64,000 bases of DNA, taken from the sequence record KP869112; one strand, 5' to 3'. Made by a program: the position numbers and the translations under genes. The notes beneath the pieces are model-generated. The model did no database searches, was not told the DNA's origin, and worked only from the letters and a program-made list of their open reading frames with translations. The DNA comes from Escherichia coli O157 typing phage 14. Shown here piece by piece: positions 1 to 9,439 of the stretch; the first letter of the stretch is position 1; each line of letters opens with the position of its first letter.

Positions 1-1
1 G

Positions 2-928
2 GCCGAGGCTAAGTATAATTATAAATATGATTACTCTAAGGTAGAGTATGTAAATGCTAAAACTAAAGTTGTGATTGTTTGTCCTGTTCACGGCGAGTTT
101 GAGCAAAAGCCTTATAACCATCTCCGCGAGGGGGGTTGCCGTAAGTGTGGAGGGACTGAGAGAAAGACTACTGAAGAGTGGATCGCTGAGGCAAAAGCGC
201 TTCATGGCGATAAGTATGATTACTCTCTTGTAAATTATAAAACCTGTAATGATAAAGTGGAGATAATCTGTAATACATGTGGTGCTCACTTCCCACAAAG
301 ACCTCATGACCATGCACCAAGTGGAAACGGTTGCCCCGAGTGCGGGAAGAAGAAGGTGGCCGAGGTTAGTAGGAAGACGCAGAGAAAGAAAGCATCTGAG
401 GTAGCTAAAAGGTTTGAGGCAAGAGCCAGAGCTATCCATAAAGATAAATACGATTATTCCAGGGTGGAATATGTTAATAGGGAGACAGAGGTCACTATCA
501 TCTGTCCGATTCACGGGGAGTTCACACAAAAACCGTTTGTCCACATCAACCAAAAAGCTGGCTGTCAAAAATGTGCTAAAGTCGGCTTCTTATCTCATGA
601 ACATGGTAGCCTTTATATCATGGTTGACGATCTGGAAGTACCAACTATGATGAAAATTGGTGTGAGTGTCCGGGTAGATGAACGAAGAAAAGATGTGTTA
701 AAAAGAGCTAAAAAAGCTGGTGCTAGATTCTCTGATCTACATGTTATAAAAACTTGGGAAGGAACAACAGACGACATGCAAACTTTAGAAAAAGCTATGC
801 ACCAAGCCTTGAGCCAATACAAAATCAACTTCACAGAGAAGTTTGATGGCTGTCGAGAGTTCTTCTACTACAGACCGGAGGTATTCGAGCTAGTAGAAGA
901 ACATTTGAAGAAATTTGCTAATAAATAA
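2..928 (+). CDS. T5orf172/GIY-YIG-like domain protein with tandem Cys/His zinc-binding repeats (homing-endonuclease-like), 5' partial
   Basis: Frame is open from window start; three repeats of KYDYS-V-Y...C-x-x-HGEF...GC-x-x-C; C-terminal LYIMV...KIGVS motif resembles T5orf172/GIY-YIG. Confidence 0.45.
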   Translation, partial: AEAKYNYKYDYSKVEYVNAKTKVVIVCPVHGEFEQKPYNHLREGGCRKCGGTERKTTEEWIAEAKALHGDKYDYSLVNYKTCNDKVEIICNTCGAHFPQRPHDHAPSGNGCPECGKKKVAEVSRKTQRKKASEVAKRFEARARAIHKDKYDYSRVEYVNRETEVTIICPIHGEFTQKPFVHINQKAGCQKCAKVGFLSHEHGSLYIMVDDLEVPTMMKIGVSVRVDERRKDVLKRAKKAGARFSDLHVIKTWEGTTDDMQTLEKAMHQALSQYKINFTEKFDGCREFFYYRPEVFELVEEHLKKFANK

Positions 929-989
929 TAACACACAAAGGGCCAGCTTTATTCTAGCCCTTCAGTCCGTTGTAAATTAAGGAGTTGTT

Positions 990-1115
990 ATGTCATCTGG
1001 TGGCTTTAAAGTAAAAATTTGTAAACACTGCGGTTGTAAGTGCAACCTTCGTTGGTGCAAGTCACTAGACGATTTTATTTGGCATTGCCCTAAATGTGAT
1101 GCGGAGTATCTATGA
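990..1115 (+). CDS. small zinc-ribbon protein (41 aa)
   Basis: AAGGAG 7 nt upstream of ATG; CxxC...CxxC cysteine pairs; stop overlaps nrdG start (ATGA); below the ORF-track size cutoff. Confidence 0.4.
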   Translation: MSSGGFKVKICKHCGCKCNLRWCKSLDDFIWHCPKCDAEYL

Positions 1116-1585
1116 ACATTGTCGGATACACAGAAATATCTTACACCGAAGGGCCAGGTATTAGAACTGCCTTGTGGGTATCTGGGTGCCCACACGCTTG
1201 CCCTGGTTGCTTTAATCAGGCATTTTGGTCAAAAGATAAGGGGAGGGAGTTCACTGAAGAAGATTTGCAAAAAATCTTGTCAGATTTAGATAACCCGTCT
1301 GTGTGCGGTATCTCTCTGCTGGGTGGAGAACCCTTAGCCTACTATAATGAGCCAGATATTATTAGCCTGATGGAGAAAATTAAGGAAAAATTTGGTGACA
1401 AGAAAACTATTCTTGTATATACTGGGTTCACATTTGATCATATCTCTAGTGATGTTCTTAAACTGGCTGATATCATCATTGACGGTAAGTATGTAAAAGA
1501 TTTACCAACCAAGAAACCGTTCCGAGGTAGCGATAACCAAAGAATGTTTAAAAAAGTAGCAGGCGGTTGGGTTCAGGTAGACTAG
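1112..1585 (+). CDS. nrdG: anaerobic ribonucleotide reductase activating protein (radical SAM)
   Basis: GPGIR motif and CPHACPGC radical-SAM cysteine cluster near N-terminus; size 157 aa typical of NrdG. Confidence 0.8.
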   Translation: MNIVGYTEISYTEGPGIRTALWVSGCPHACPGCFNQAFWSKDKGREFTEEDLQKILSDLDNPSVCGISLLGGEPLAYYNEPDIISLMEKIKEKFGDKKTILVYTGFTFDHISSDVLKLADIIIDGKYVKDLPTKKPFRGSDNQRMFKKVAGGWVQVD

Positions 1586-1588
1586 TTG

Positions 1589-1618
1589 TTGACAAAGCTT
1601 TGTTTAGATAGGTATAAT
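1589..1618 (+). promoter_or_regulatory. sigma70-like promoter (TTGACA-N18-TATAAT)
   Basis: Consensus -35 and -10 hexamers directly read downstream of nrdG. Confidence 0.6.
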
Positions 1619-1649
1619 TATCGTAAAATGAAAGCAGAGGAGGTGCCAA

Positions 1650-1763
1650 ATGGCTAAAAAAGCCTTGAAGAAGGCGTACAAAAAAGAGATTGCGCTTGAG
1701 CTTAAGAAAAAACACAAGCGTGAAAAGAAATATCATGAGGATGAAGAGGGGGTGCAACAGTGA
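1650..1763 (+). CDS. small basic protein (37 aa)
   Basis: GAGGAGGTG RBS upstream of ATG; Lys-rich; stop overlaps next start (GTGA). Confidence 0.3.
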   Translation: MAKKALKKAYKKEIALELKKKHKREKKYHEDEEGVQQ

Positions 1764-2110
1764 CACAAGAACGTATCGATTTGGCTAATAAGTTTGTAGA
1801 TCTCATTTTGCCACGGTTAGTTACTCAACATGCAGACGCTATTTCTACTAATCTTGATGGCTTACGCCTAATGCTGAATCGCACAGATGATCCTCGTATT
1901 CGAGCTGATTTAGAAGCCTCTGCCAACAAACTGGAAAAGTTCTTGCAAGTAGATACGCAAGAAGCCTTACACAAGATTATGGTGGAAGGTTTCTCTAAAG
2001 AATTTACCATTAAAGAGCTTAAGGAGCTGATCCACCAAGAAGAGATGAATATCCGAGTTCAGGCTGTTGCAAGCAGCATGGAAGCGGCTATTGAAAAACT
2101 GTTGCAGTAA
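1760..2110 (+). CDS. hypothetical protein (116 aa)
   Basis: GTG start preceded by GAGGGGGT; co-directional array. Confidence 0.5.
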   Translation: MTQERIDLANKFVDLILPRLVTQHADAISTNLDGLRLMLNRTDDPRIRADLEASANKLEKFLQVDTQEALHKIMVEGFSKEFTIKELKELIHQEEMNIRVQAVASSMEAAIEKLLQ

Positions 2111-2148
2111 AAGTACTTGGCACATCTCAATCTGAAAGGAGTCCCAAC

Positions 2149-2937
2149 ATGGGTCGAGCTAAAGAAACAAAACGCATGCGTGATGAAGCTAGAGAGGCTC
2201 GCAAATCTGATCGCCTGCGTAAGGCTGCTGAGAAATTTGCTGACGAACGAGAGCACACCGCTCCAGCTCTCCGACCAATGAATAAAAAGCAGCAAAAGTA
2301 TCTTGATTATCTAGGGTCACGTAAGATTATTATTGTAAACGGTGTGTTTGGATCCGGTAAGACATTCATGGCATCTGCATATGCAGGTGATCTTCTGCGT
2401 AAGAATGAGATTGATAAGATCATTGTTGCACGTCCTTATGTACAGACCGGAAAATCAAGCGGATACAAACCGGGAACGTCAATGCAGAAGCTTTGGCCTT
2501 ACCTTCGTAGTATGATGGACACTATTTGTCGTCGTGTTGGCAAAGGTGCTTTTGCCGCAATGCTGGGAGATGGTCAGAACAGCCGTATCGAGATTTGTGA
2601 AGTTGAAAGCATTCGTGGTCGTAGTTTCGATGAGCGATGCTTTGTCCTGATTGACGAGGCACAGCAAACTAACCCTGAAGAAATGTTGTCAATTATTACA
2701 AGGATCTCTGATCAGGCCACCCTTGTAATTATGGGTGATAATAGTCAACGTGACATCCCTGGTAAATCTGGCCTTGCATGGGTGACGGATTTCTTTACTC
2801 GTCATCCAGATCCTGAGGTTGGAATGATCAGCTTTGATAGTCCAGACGATGTCGTTCGTTCCGGGTTGGGCCGTCAGATTGCTCTCAATCTTATAGAGGA
2901 TCGTGCAAATCATATTTGGACCCCTGTTTCCGAGTAA
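2149..2937 (+). CDS. phoH: PhoH-like ATPase
   Basis: Walker A GVFGSGKT, Walker B VLIDEAQ, overall PhoH-like layout. Confidence 0.8.
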   Translation: MGRAKETKRMRDEAREARKSDRLRKAAEKFADEREHTAPALRPMNKKQQKYLDYLGSRKIIIVNGVFGSGKTFMASAYAGDLLRKNEIDKIIVARPYVQTGKSSGYKPGTSMQKLWPYLRSMMDTICRRVGKGAFAAMLGDGQNSRIEICEVESIRGRSFDERCFVLIDEAQQTNPEEMLSIITRISDQATLVIMGDNSQRDIPGKSGLAWVTDFFTRHPDPEVGMISFDSPDDVVRSGLGRQIALNLIEDRANHIWTPVSE

Positions 2938-2942
2938 TACAG

Positions 2943-2963
2943 AAGGGTGGTTATTCCACCCTT
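2943..2963 (+). terminator. possible hairpin terminator after phoH
   Basis: AGGGTGG-TTATT-CCACCCT stem-loop followed by weak T/A tract. Confidence 0.35.
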
Positions 2964-2981
2964 AAATATCTAAAACAGTTG

Positions 2982-3010
2982 TTGACAAACAGGTAAGCTT
3001 TAGATATTAT
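2982..3010 (+). promoter_or_regulatory. sigma70-like promoter (TTGACA-N17-TATTAT)
   Basis: Hexamers read directly; upstream of ORF 3041. Confidence 0.55.
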
Positions 3011-3040
3011 TATCGGACAAGACAAGTAGAAGGAGATAGT

Positions 3041-3352
3041 ATGGCTACAATACAAGAAAGACTGAATAAAATATACTGCCTGTTTGTCTATAAAGGCGAG
3101 ACAATTTTGGCAAATAAAGGATACAAGAATGTGTGGATCAAGGACAGTGGTGGTAATATAATCAACTTAGCGTTGCTACGTGAGCGCCGACACAGATTCT
3201 TTATCGAGTCTCGGATTATTGAAAGCAGCACCTGCTACAGAACCGGCGATAAAGTAATTGTTGACAATGATACGTGGTATGTGGTAGACTGGCAATCATT
3301 GAGCTGTGATGCTTCTGACAATCGTAAGTATTCCCTAGTGATTGCTAAATAA
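3041..3352 (+). CDS. hypothetical protein (103 aa)
   Basis: ORF with GGAGA RBS; downstream of promoter. Confidence 0.5.
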   Translation: MATIQERLNKIYCLFVYKGETILANKGYKNVWIKDSGGNIINLALLRERRHRFFIESRIIESSTCYRTGDKVIVDNDTWYVVDWQSLSCDASDNRKYSLVIAK

Positions 3353-3412
3353 AGGTAAATGTGAATCAGGTTTAAATAAATAGCTTTCAACTTCCAATAT
3401 TAAGGATTTCTC

Positions 3413-4462
3413 ATGAATTTAACACCTCGCAGCACCATGGTACACGGCATGAAAGAAAAACAGAACGGTTTCGAACCTATGAGTAATAAAATGTTTGGTA
3501 TGCCGGGTGGTATTATGGAAACATACAGCTACCCAACACCTGTTGTTGACCACGTTCTTTATATCGACGATTTGGAAGACTTACAAGATCATATGTCTCG
3601 TCTGCAGACGATCCGTATGGCTCAGCCGGAAGAAAGCATTCGGGTGATCATCAATAGCCCTGGGGGTTGCGTGCACATTGCAATGGCTTATCTGCAGGCA
3701 TTCCGCGAGTCTCAGGCAAGCGTTGTTGCACATGCTGAAGGGATGTGCTGCTCTGCTGGAACAATCTTATGGCTTGGTTGTAAAGAACGTACTGTGGCTC
3801 CGGACACAGAATTTATGTTCCACTACTATCAAGGTGGCACTTATGGTAACGGTGTGAACATGAATACTCAGGTCAGCTACTGGAAAAAACGTTTTGAACG
3901 CCTGATCGAAAAATACTACGGTGGGGTGCTGACAGAAGATGAGATCGCATCCATCACAGCTGGTGGCGAAGTGTGGTTGGACGGAGAAGAGCTGGCAGCA
4001 CGCACTGGAGCTATTATTCTGGATGAAGGCAACATACAACGCATCCAGAACGGACAAAAACCGAAAAAGCTTCTGGCAAAAGGTGATGAAGAGGGCGTGT
4101 TAGGTGAAGCAGGTCTTCCGGAGATTCACCAGTGCACATCTTTAGATGAGTTAGTTCATGCTGTTGAATCTGCAAAAGCGGGTGGTTCGAAAGGTGATGT
4201 TCACACTGTGTTCCTGAATCTGCAGATGGAAAGTGGCGAGACCGTCCGAATTGCCCTGGGTGAGATTACTTCAGAAGATCTGCAGAGATTCTCTGTCGTT
4301 GAACTTCAGGATATTCTGTCTCAATTGAAGACTACTCTGAACGGCGGTGAAGAGGTTAAGGTGAAAGATAAGACTCGCAAGCGTCTGGTGGATAATATTA
4401 TTAAAACAGCAAAAGAGCTCAATGAAAAAATCCTGGGCGCAGGAATTGTCGAAGAAGTTTAA
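3413..4462 (+). CDS. ClpP-like (S14 family) serine protease with C-terminal extension
   Basis: INSPGG motif, candidate active-site Ser in GMCCSAG and His in FMFHYYQGG, matching ClpP catalytic layout. Confidence 0.6.
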   Translation: MNLTPRSTMVHGMKEKQNGFEPMSNKMFGMPGGIMETYSYPTPVVDHVLYIDDLEDLQDHMSRLQTIRMAQPEESIRVIINSPGGCVHIAMAYLQAFRESQASVVAHAEGMCCSAGTILWLGCKERTVAPDTEFMFHYYQGGTYGNGVNMNTQVSYWKKRFERLIEKYYGGVLTEDEIASITAGGEVWLDGEELAARTGAIILDEGNIQRIQNGQKPKKLLAKGDEEGVLGEAGLPEIHQCTSLDELVHAVESAKAGGSKGDVHTVFLNLQMESGETVRIALGEITSEDLQRFSVVELQDILSQLKTTLNGGEEVKVKDKTRKRLVDNIIKTAKELNEKILGAGIVEEV

Positions 4463-4473
4463 ACATTAATTCT

Positions 4474-4497
4474 AAAGCCCTCTTCGGAGGGCTTTTA
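4474..4497 (+). terminator. rho-independent terminator
   Basis: AGCCCTC-TTCG-GAGGGCT hairpin followed by TTTTAT. Confidence 0.7.
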
Positions 4498-4513
4498 TGA
4501 TCTGGAGATTTGC

Positions 4514-5047
4514 ATGACTTGTGCTAGAAAACCTGATGAACAACGTAACGCCTACGATGAGTATGTGACACCGGAGTGGTGTGCAGAAGGGCTGTATGAC
4601 CTTATTCCGTTCCCAGAAGACTGGACCTACTTAGAGCCTTGCAGGAATAGTGCCTCAGGTGTGTTCTACTCCCGTATGCCGTTAGGATCTGCATGGGGAG
4701 AAATCCAAGAAGGTGTTGACTATCTGAATACAGAATACAACCATGTTGACTGTATTATCACCAACCCACCATACAGCTTGGCTCGTGAGTTTGTAGACAA
4801 GGCGTTGAAAGATGCTGACGTAGTTATTATGCTTTTACGTCTTAATTTTCTGGAAAGCAAAGCCAGATTTGAATGGTGGCTTGATAATGCACCTACCACT
4901 GTGATCACAATATCTAAGCGTCCGTCATTTCAATCAAATGGCAGAACTGACGGGCAAGCATATGCATATTTTGTGTGGGATAAGAAAAACCGTTTAGGCT
5001 TGCCGCCATTTATGTGGTTGGCACCCCCAGAGGTAGACCTGAAATGA
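4514..5047 (+). CDS. small phage Dam-like DNA N6-adenine methyltransferase
   Basis: YVTPEW and ITNPPY (NPPY catalytic motif) in a 177 aa protein. Confidence 0.55.
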   Translation: MTCARKPDEQRNAYDEYVTPEWCAEGLYDLIPFPEDWTYLEPCRNSASGVFYSRMPLGSAWGEIQEGVDYLNTEYNHVDCIITNPPYSLAREFVDKALKDADVVIMLLRLNFLESKARFEWWLDNAPTTVITISKRPSFQSNGRTDGQAYAYFVWDKKNRLGLPPFMWLAPPEVDLK

Positions 5048-5328
5048 AAATGAGTGCTAAGGACAAATTACACCAGTTAGCGCTAAAATGTCCTGTAACG
5101 CTCCCTGACGAGCTTAACTCCATTTATGATGCGATTGTAGGGGAGATACAAAATAAAGCGTTAGCAGGCTTTCTGGGATGCGGATTTTCGATAAATCTAC
5201 CCTCGCATCTCTCAGATTACTTCCCGCATATTGTTGGGGATTTGAGGGCAGGAGGTCTGCAGGTAGATGTTGTTGGCATCTCTCCAGAGAAAAATAATAC
5301 GGTTGCCTACTTGACAGTAACCTGGTAG
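5044..5328 (+). CDS. hypothetical protein
   Basis: Start chosen at internal ATG overlapping upstream stop (ATGA); ORF track 5014..5328. Confidence 0.45.
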   Translation: MKMSAKDKLHQLALKCPVTLPDELNSIYDAIVGEIQNKALAGFLGCGFSINLPSHLSDYFPHIVGDLRAGGLQVDVVGISPEKNNTVAYLTVTW

Positions 5329-5362
5329 TAGTGTATTGTTGTTCTCAACAAGGGGGTCATTT

Positions 5363-5602
5363 ATGTACAAGTCATTTTCAATTTACTCAAGACAGGCGAA
5401 ACACTACACAGAGATCCTGATTACTCAGAAAAAATCTGTAGAAGGTGAGTGGGAATATCACCATAAAATGTTGCGTCCAGATTGGGTTTTTGATAGACTT
5501 ATTGCCATGATCCCTCTTGGGGAAGTATACCCTCTGACAGGTGGGAGGGATGCTTGGGATTTAATTGATTACATAGATTCATTTAAGGAGCCCAGTGTAT
5601 GA
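5363..5602 (+). CDS. hypothetical protein
   Basis: Internal ATG with AAGGGGG RBS; ORF track 5336..5602. Confidence 0.4.
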   Translation: MYKSFSIYSRQAKHYTEILITQKKSVEGEWEYHHKMLRPDWVFDRLIAMIPLGEVYPLTGGRDAWDLIDYIDSFKEPSV

Positions 5603-5997
5603 AGATTGAGATCACTAAAGAAGGTAAGAAAGTGTCTGGAGACTATGCAACAGTAATTCGAGATTTAATGTTTGAAACCACCAAGTTCGGCACATCTAAA
5701 GTTGGTCAAACTGTTAGTGTGCAAGGCAATATCACCACAGGGGAGAAGATAATCATTGTAATCAAAGGGCAGGATCCTGTGGAAGGAACAGTGGGCCGAG
5801 GAGGATACCTGTGCATTTCTGAAGAGCCACGTATGCTGGTGGCTGACCACACTACAGGTGGGAAACGTGTGTGCGAGGCGAATGAGGTAATGATTATTCA
5901 ACCTGTTGATCCAGATGATCCAGCAACTTGGGTGGTAGGAAATGAAATCTTCTCCTTAGAAGAGTTATCCTTCCCAGCCCCACGCTCTGTTCAGTAA
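5599..5997 (+). CDS. hypothetical protein (132 aa)
   Basis: ORF overlapping upstream stop by 4 nt. Confidence 0.5.
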   Translation: MKIEITKEGKKVSGDYATVIRDLMFETTKFGTSKVGQTVSVQGNITTGEKIIIVIKGQDPVEGTVGRGGYLCISEEPRMLVADHTTGGKRVCEANEVMIIQPVDPDDPATWVVGNEIFSLEELSFPAPRSVQ

Positions 5998-6036
5998 TAA
6001 TTTATCTTACCATGGACGGTAGAAGCAGGAGGTAGC

Positions 6037-6270
6037 ATGAAAGTTAAATTTCTTACAGATTTAGGGTACCCTTCCTTGGTTGACTGCATTGGTAAAATTG
6101 TGGAAGCAAAACGGCTATCTGCAAACGATAATGTTGTCATGGTTAAGGGAAAAGATTTATTAGCTGCAGGTGCAGAGTCTGGCAGGATCTCTCCTGACTA
6201 TACATATTACTTATCTTTAAGTAATCTACCAGAACGAGGCGGCAAAGGCCTTGAAGTTGTGGAGGAGTGA
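6037..6270 (+). CDS. small acidic protein, MKVK-family paralog
   Basis: MKVKFL N-terminus, KGKDLLAAGA core, acidic EVVEE C-terminus shared with other family members. Confidence 0.5.
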   Translation: MKVKFLTDLGYPSLVDCIGKIVEAKRLSANDNVVMVKGKDLLAAGAESGRISPDYTYYLSLSNLPERGGKGLEVVEE

Positions 6271-6812
6271 CAGGTATGCTTCTGATTAACTGGGAAGACC
6301 TCTATGGGGACAAAGACCCTGTTGCGTTTGTTGATCGTAGATGGAGATACACTGAAGAACAACTGGCTGCAAAAAATTTAACTGCGAAACGCAGAAAGAT
6401 CATCCAGTGCAAGTACAAATACGCACAATTTGCTGCAAAAGTGTCTCCACAAATCGAGAGTTTTGTACTTAAATTGTATGACGAATACCTCAAGTTCAAA
6501 TTGGATTTTGTACAGGTGTACCGTGCACAGGTACGCCCAGATACCAACATATGTAGATGGAAGGTTGTTTGTGACGGTAAAGATTTGCCGCTCAGCTTGA
6601 CAATTGAGTGGCGTTATGGGTATCATGAGTGTGGTCTGTATGATATTTGGGATGTCATTGTAGATCCTGCTAAGTACCTGAACACAGAGGAGCTGGAATA
6701 TATCAATAAGGTTATTCTCGATATGTTTTTCAGATACACCCGTGAAAACTCTGAGAAAGAACGGGATGATTTTCTTGACACCATCAGCAACCATCTGCAG
6801 TATACAATTTAA
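6267..6812 (+). CDS. hypothetical protein (181 aa)
   Basis: ORF, 4-nt overlap with upstream gene. Confidence 0.5.
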   Translation: MTGMLLINWEDLYGDKDPVAFVDRRWRYTEEQLAAKNLTAKRRKIIQCKYKYAQFAAKVSPQIESFVLKLYDEYLKFKLDFVQVYRAQVRPDTNICRWKVVCDGKDLPLSLTIEWRYGYHECGLYDIWDVIVDPAKYLNTEELEYINKVILDMFFRYTRENSEKERDDFLDTISNHLQYTI

Positions 6813-6830
6813 CCTACAAAGGGAGGGCTA

Positions 6831-7067
6831 ATGAGTATAAATGTTGTGCTAATAGGCTACCTGGTAATAGCCGTTATAACAGCGGTATTCTTGACAGGTA
6901 TATGCATCGTGTCTAGACGAAAGGTGAAGTTTGATGATTTTATCACCATCATCACTGCTGCACCTTTTTGGCCTATTGTTATCTTCATCGTAATAATGTG
7001 CCTAGTTGATTACTACAAGAATATTCGTAAGGAGAAAAAGGAGAGTAGGGATGGAGACCGCACCTAA
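6831..7067 (+). CDS. small membrane protein (2 predicted TM helices)
   Basis: Hydrophobic stretches VVLIGYLVIAVITAVFL and FWPIVIFIVIMCL. Confidence 0.45.
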   Translation: MSINVVLIGYLVIAVITAVFLTGICIVSRRKVKFDDFITIITAAPFWPIVIFIVIMCLVDYYKNIRKEKKESRDGDRT

Positions 7068-7180
7068 AGCTGTTTATACTGTTCTTAAAGAGATTGCGTT
7101 CTACGCAGATCTTAGCCAGGCACCTTTATGGGAAAAGAGCATGTATTTAAAATGGTGCGTTAATTTAGGGAGACCTTCCA

Positions 7181-7669
7181 GTGTTTCAAGCCATGTTTAT
7201 TGAGATGCTATCTGGGGTATTGTTACTGGTAGCCATCTTAGGTGGTGCAGTTCTGATGTATAACTATCTTGAAAAAGGAGAAATTTTAACAAAATCTGGA
7301 AAGATAACTTTGATACCTCTTGATAGTAAAGGTAAAGACCCGTCACGACTTGTTATAGATGATTACGTTACAGGTGTGACGTTCGAGGTCTCTGTGGAGA
7401 GGTTAATACGCAGAGCTGGCGGCCCTTATGACCGAAGAGAGTATGTTTTCGATTCCGTTACAGAGATGGGGGAGCATCCGTCTTTAATGTTCAGGATGGT
7501 AATCAGGGATATGAGGTCATCTATAGATAGGATCGTAAAGGACATTAAGGAACCTTTTAGGGTAAAAGTTAAGAAGTTTTTTGATTCTAAGATTAACATA
7601 CTTGCTGTTGTGCTAGGCGTAATTCAACTTCTGTTAATTTTGCACTATTTTGAACTGTTGTTTAAGTAG
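7181..7669 (+). CDS. membrane protein (162 aa)
   Basis: N- and C-terminal hydrophobic helices. Confidence 0.45.
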   Translation: MFQAMFIEMLSGVLLLVAILGGAVLMYNYLEKGEILTKSGKITLIPLDSKGKDPSRLVIDDYVTGVTFEVSVERLIRRAGGPYDRREYVFDSVTEMGEHPSLMFRMVIRDMRSSIDRIVKDIKEPFRVKVKKFFDSKINILAVVLGVIQLLLILHYFELLFK

Positions 7670-7729
7670 TGTGCAACAAGGCACAAAGGATGTGCCATAA
7701 TTAAACAAATTAAGAAAGAGGTAGAGAGA

Positions 7730-8077
7730 ATGTCAAAGATTAAATCGATATTAATGTGGGTAGCTGTTGTGGCTTTTGTAGGATACTGGACTTGGGAAAC
7801 TGAATTAAAAGATATCGGATATACCAGTCTTGAGAGCAAGGCATGCATTGGCATAACCGATGCATTCAGGCAAAATGCTATGGATCACGAATGTGTCGAT
7901 GCAGATATAGATGAGAAACTATCTAAGGACAAGGATTTTTACCATGGTCATGCCTTGCTTGATAGTGGTGACACTGTAGAATTCTGGTCGTGGTTCCGTG
8001 AAGATGGAACAATAAAGACAGCAGTAAAGATTTCCAACAAAGAGTTAATGCTGTTGCAGCAGAAGGAGGCTCAATGA
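7730..8077 (+). CDS. hypothetical protein with N-terminal TM/signal anchor
   Basis: AAGAAAGAGG RBS; hydrophobic N-terminus. Confidence 0.5.
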   Translation: MSKIKSILMWVAVVAFVGYWTWETELKDIGYTSLESKACIGITDAFRQNAMDHECVDADIDEKLSKDKDFYHGHALLDSGDTVEFWSWFREDGTIKTAVKISNKELMLLQQKEAQ

Positions 8078-8361
8078 TCTGGATATCTTATACTGATGGC
8101 ACCATGCTGTATACTGCAGGTACCAGATATGAAGTTCAGGAGAACGATAAAAAATTTATCGTAAGAACATTTGACAAGGACGACAACCTTTTGCTAGAAT
8201 TGACTTACAAGGTTGGAGAGGTATCCAATATCCAATTGGATTGTGGTCATAAAGATAATCCACTCAAAAAACCTGGAATAGGCAAGGCTTCAGAAGAACG
8301 TTTGTCTCGTATTGCAGAAAGCGTTTCTCCCCAAAAATCCAAGAAGAGGATTAGAAAATGA
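8074..8361 (+). CDS. hypothetical protein (95 aa)
   Basis: ORF, 4-nt overlap junctions. Confidence 0.5.
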   Translation: MIWISYTDGTMLYTAGTRYEVQENDKKFIVRTFDKDDNLLLELTYKVGEVSNIQLDCGHKDNPLKKPGIGKASEERLSRIAESVSPQKSKKRIRK

Positions 8362-8558
8362 GTGACAAAATTCTTAAATTTAATACCTACTATGAGAATG
8401 ATTTGAACGATCTGTATTATATAGTGCGTAGCGAAAACCCAAATGTAGTTCTGTTTTGCCGAGAACCTTTCAAAAAAGAGGAGATTGAATCTACCATGAA
8501 TGTGGATCAGATTTCACACCTGCTGCTCCTTGGATCATTAAAAGAGGCAGTATTCTAA
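8358..8558 (+). CDS. hypothetical protein (66 aa)
   Basis: ORF, overlapping junction. Confidence 0.45.
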   Translation: MSDKILKFNTYYENDLNDLYYIVRSENPNVVLFCREPFKKEEIESTMNVDQISHLLLLGSLKEAVF

Positions 8559-8577
8559 ACCAGGGTGGAGGGTTTTT

Positions 8578-8763
8578 ATGAAGCATTATTGTCTGTCTGG
8601 TAGATTGGGTGCAGATTGTGATTGGGTTTTCTTAAAACTTGTCAGCATTCGAGAGTCCATCTCAGAAGAAGAGCAAGAAAGTGAGCTGATGTCATGGATC
8701 AACCATTACGGTAACACTTTTCGGCATGTTAAGGTAGAAGAGTTGCCAAGCGAGGCTGATTGA
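8578..8763 (+). CDS. hypothetical protein (61 aa)
   Basis: ORF with GGAGGG RBS. Confidence 0.4.
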   Translation: MKHYCLSGRLGADCDWVFLKLVSIRESISEEEQESELMSWINHYGNTFRHVKVEELPSEAD

Positions 8764-8858
8764 CTATGATTGCATCAATATTAACGTTTATGGGTGGCGT
8801 GGCATTCGGATTCATTGTTTGCCTGTTTATAGTGATTATGTCTATGCGAGGCTGAATT

Positions 8859-9155
8859 ATGAAACTTTTTGAGTGGTTTAAAAAGTTTAAATATAAAGCT
8901 GTAGCCATCGTGCCGTGGTCCATTCAGTGGGTTGATGAAGGTGGTCTACCAATACCTGGTGACAAAGATACTGGGTACTGGATTATGATGGAGAACGGGT
9001 TTGGAAAGCGAAAGTATACGTGCACAAACTCTACTCGATCTGCGCTTAATAGAGTGCCTGGTTACAAACTTATGGTTGTGTGGAAAATGTCAGGCGTGCC
9101 TCCAGCTAATGCTCAATTTCTTACTGACAATCCGACCACGGTAGAGGGAGATTGA
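8859..9155 (+). CDS. hypothetical protein (98 aa)
   Basis: ORF in co-directional array. Confidence 0.5.
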   Translation: MKLFEWFKKFKYKAVAIVPWSIQWVDEGGLPIPGDKDTGYWIMMENGFGKRKYTCTNSTRSALNRVPGYKLMVVWKMSGVPPANAQFLTDNPTTVEGD

Positions 9156-9439
9156 TAATGAAAAAGATTAACAGTGGTGAAGTTGAGTTTAAACTTGTCG
9201 GGAAAGGCACTTACTGGGAAGTTCGTCAAAAGGTATATTTGTTCGGTCTTATTCCCTATTGGTCTAAATTCTACTGGGGAGCTAACGAGTGGGGAAGATA
9301 CGCCACCAAATCAATGGCACTTATTGGTATAGCAGAGTACATTGCAGCCAGAGATAGGGTTGGAGACACTTATTACTATACTGCGGACGATATTCGTAAC
9401 AGTGTTTACGTCCCACAACCACCTGATGGAGACCGTTGA
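9152..9439 (+). CDS. hypothetical protein (95 aa)
   Basis: ORF, overlapping junctions. Confidence 0.5.
   Translation: MIMKKINSGEVEFKLVGKGTYWEVRQKVYLFGLIPYWSKFYWGANEWGRYATKSMALIGIAEYIAARDRVGDTYYYTADDIRNSVYVPQPPDGDR

Noticed and set aside
414-834. ORFs 414..650 (+) and 613..834 (-) inside ORF 2..928
   Set aside because: Alternative-frame or antisense ORFs nested in a longer ORF with recognisable motifs; likely spurious.
930-960. Hairpin AAGGGC...GCCCTT after ORF 2..928 as terminator
   Set aside because: Long loop and no downstream T tract; a functional RBS for the next ORF follows immediately.
7006-7203. ORF 7006..7203 (65 aa)
   Set aside because: Overlaps 3' end of 6831..7067 and 5' end of 7181..7669 in another frame with no clear RBS; if real, only the internal ATG at 7051 (about 50 aa) would fit.
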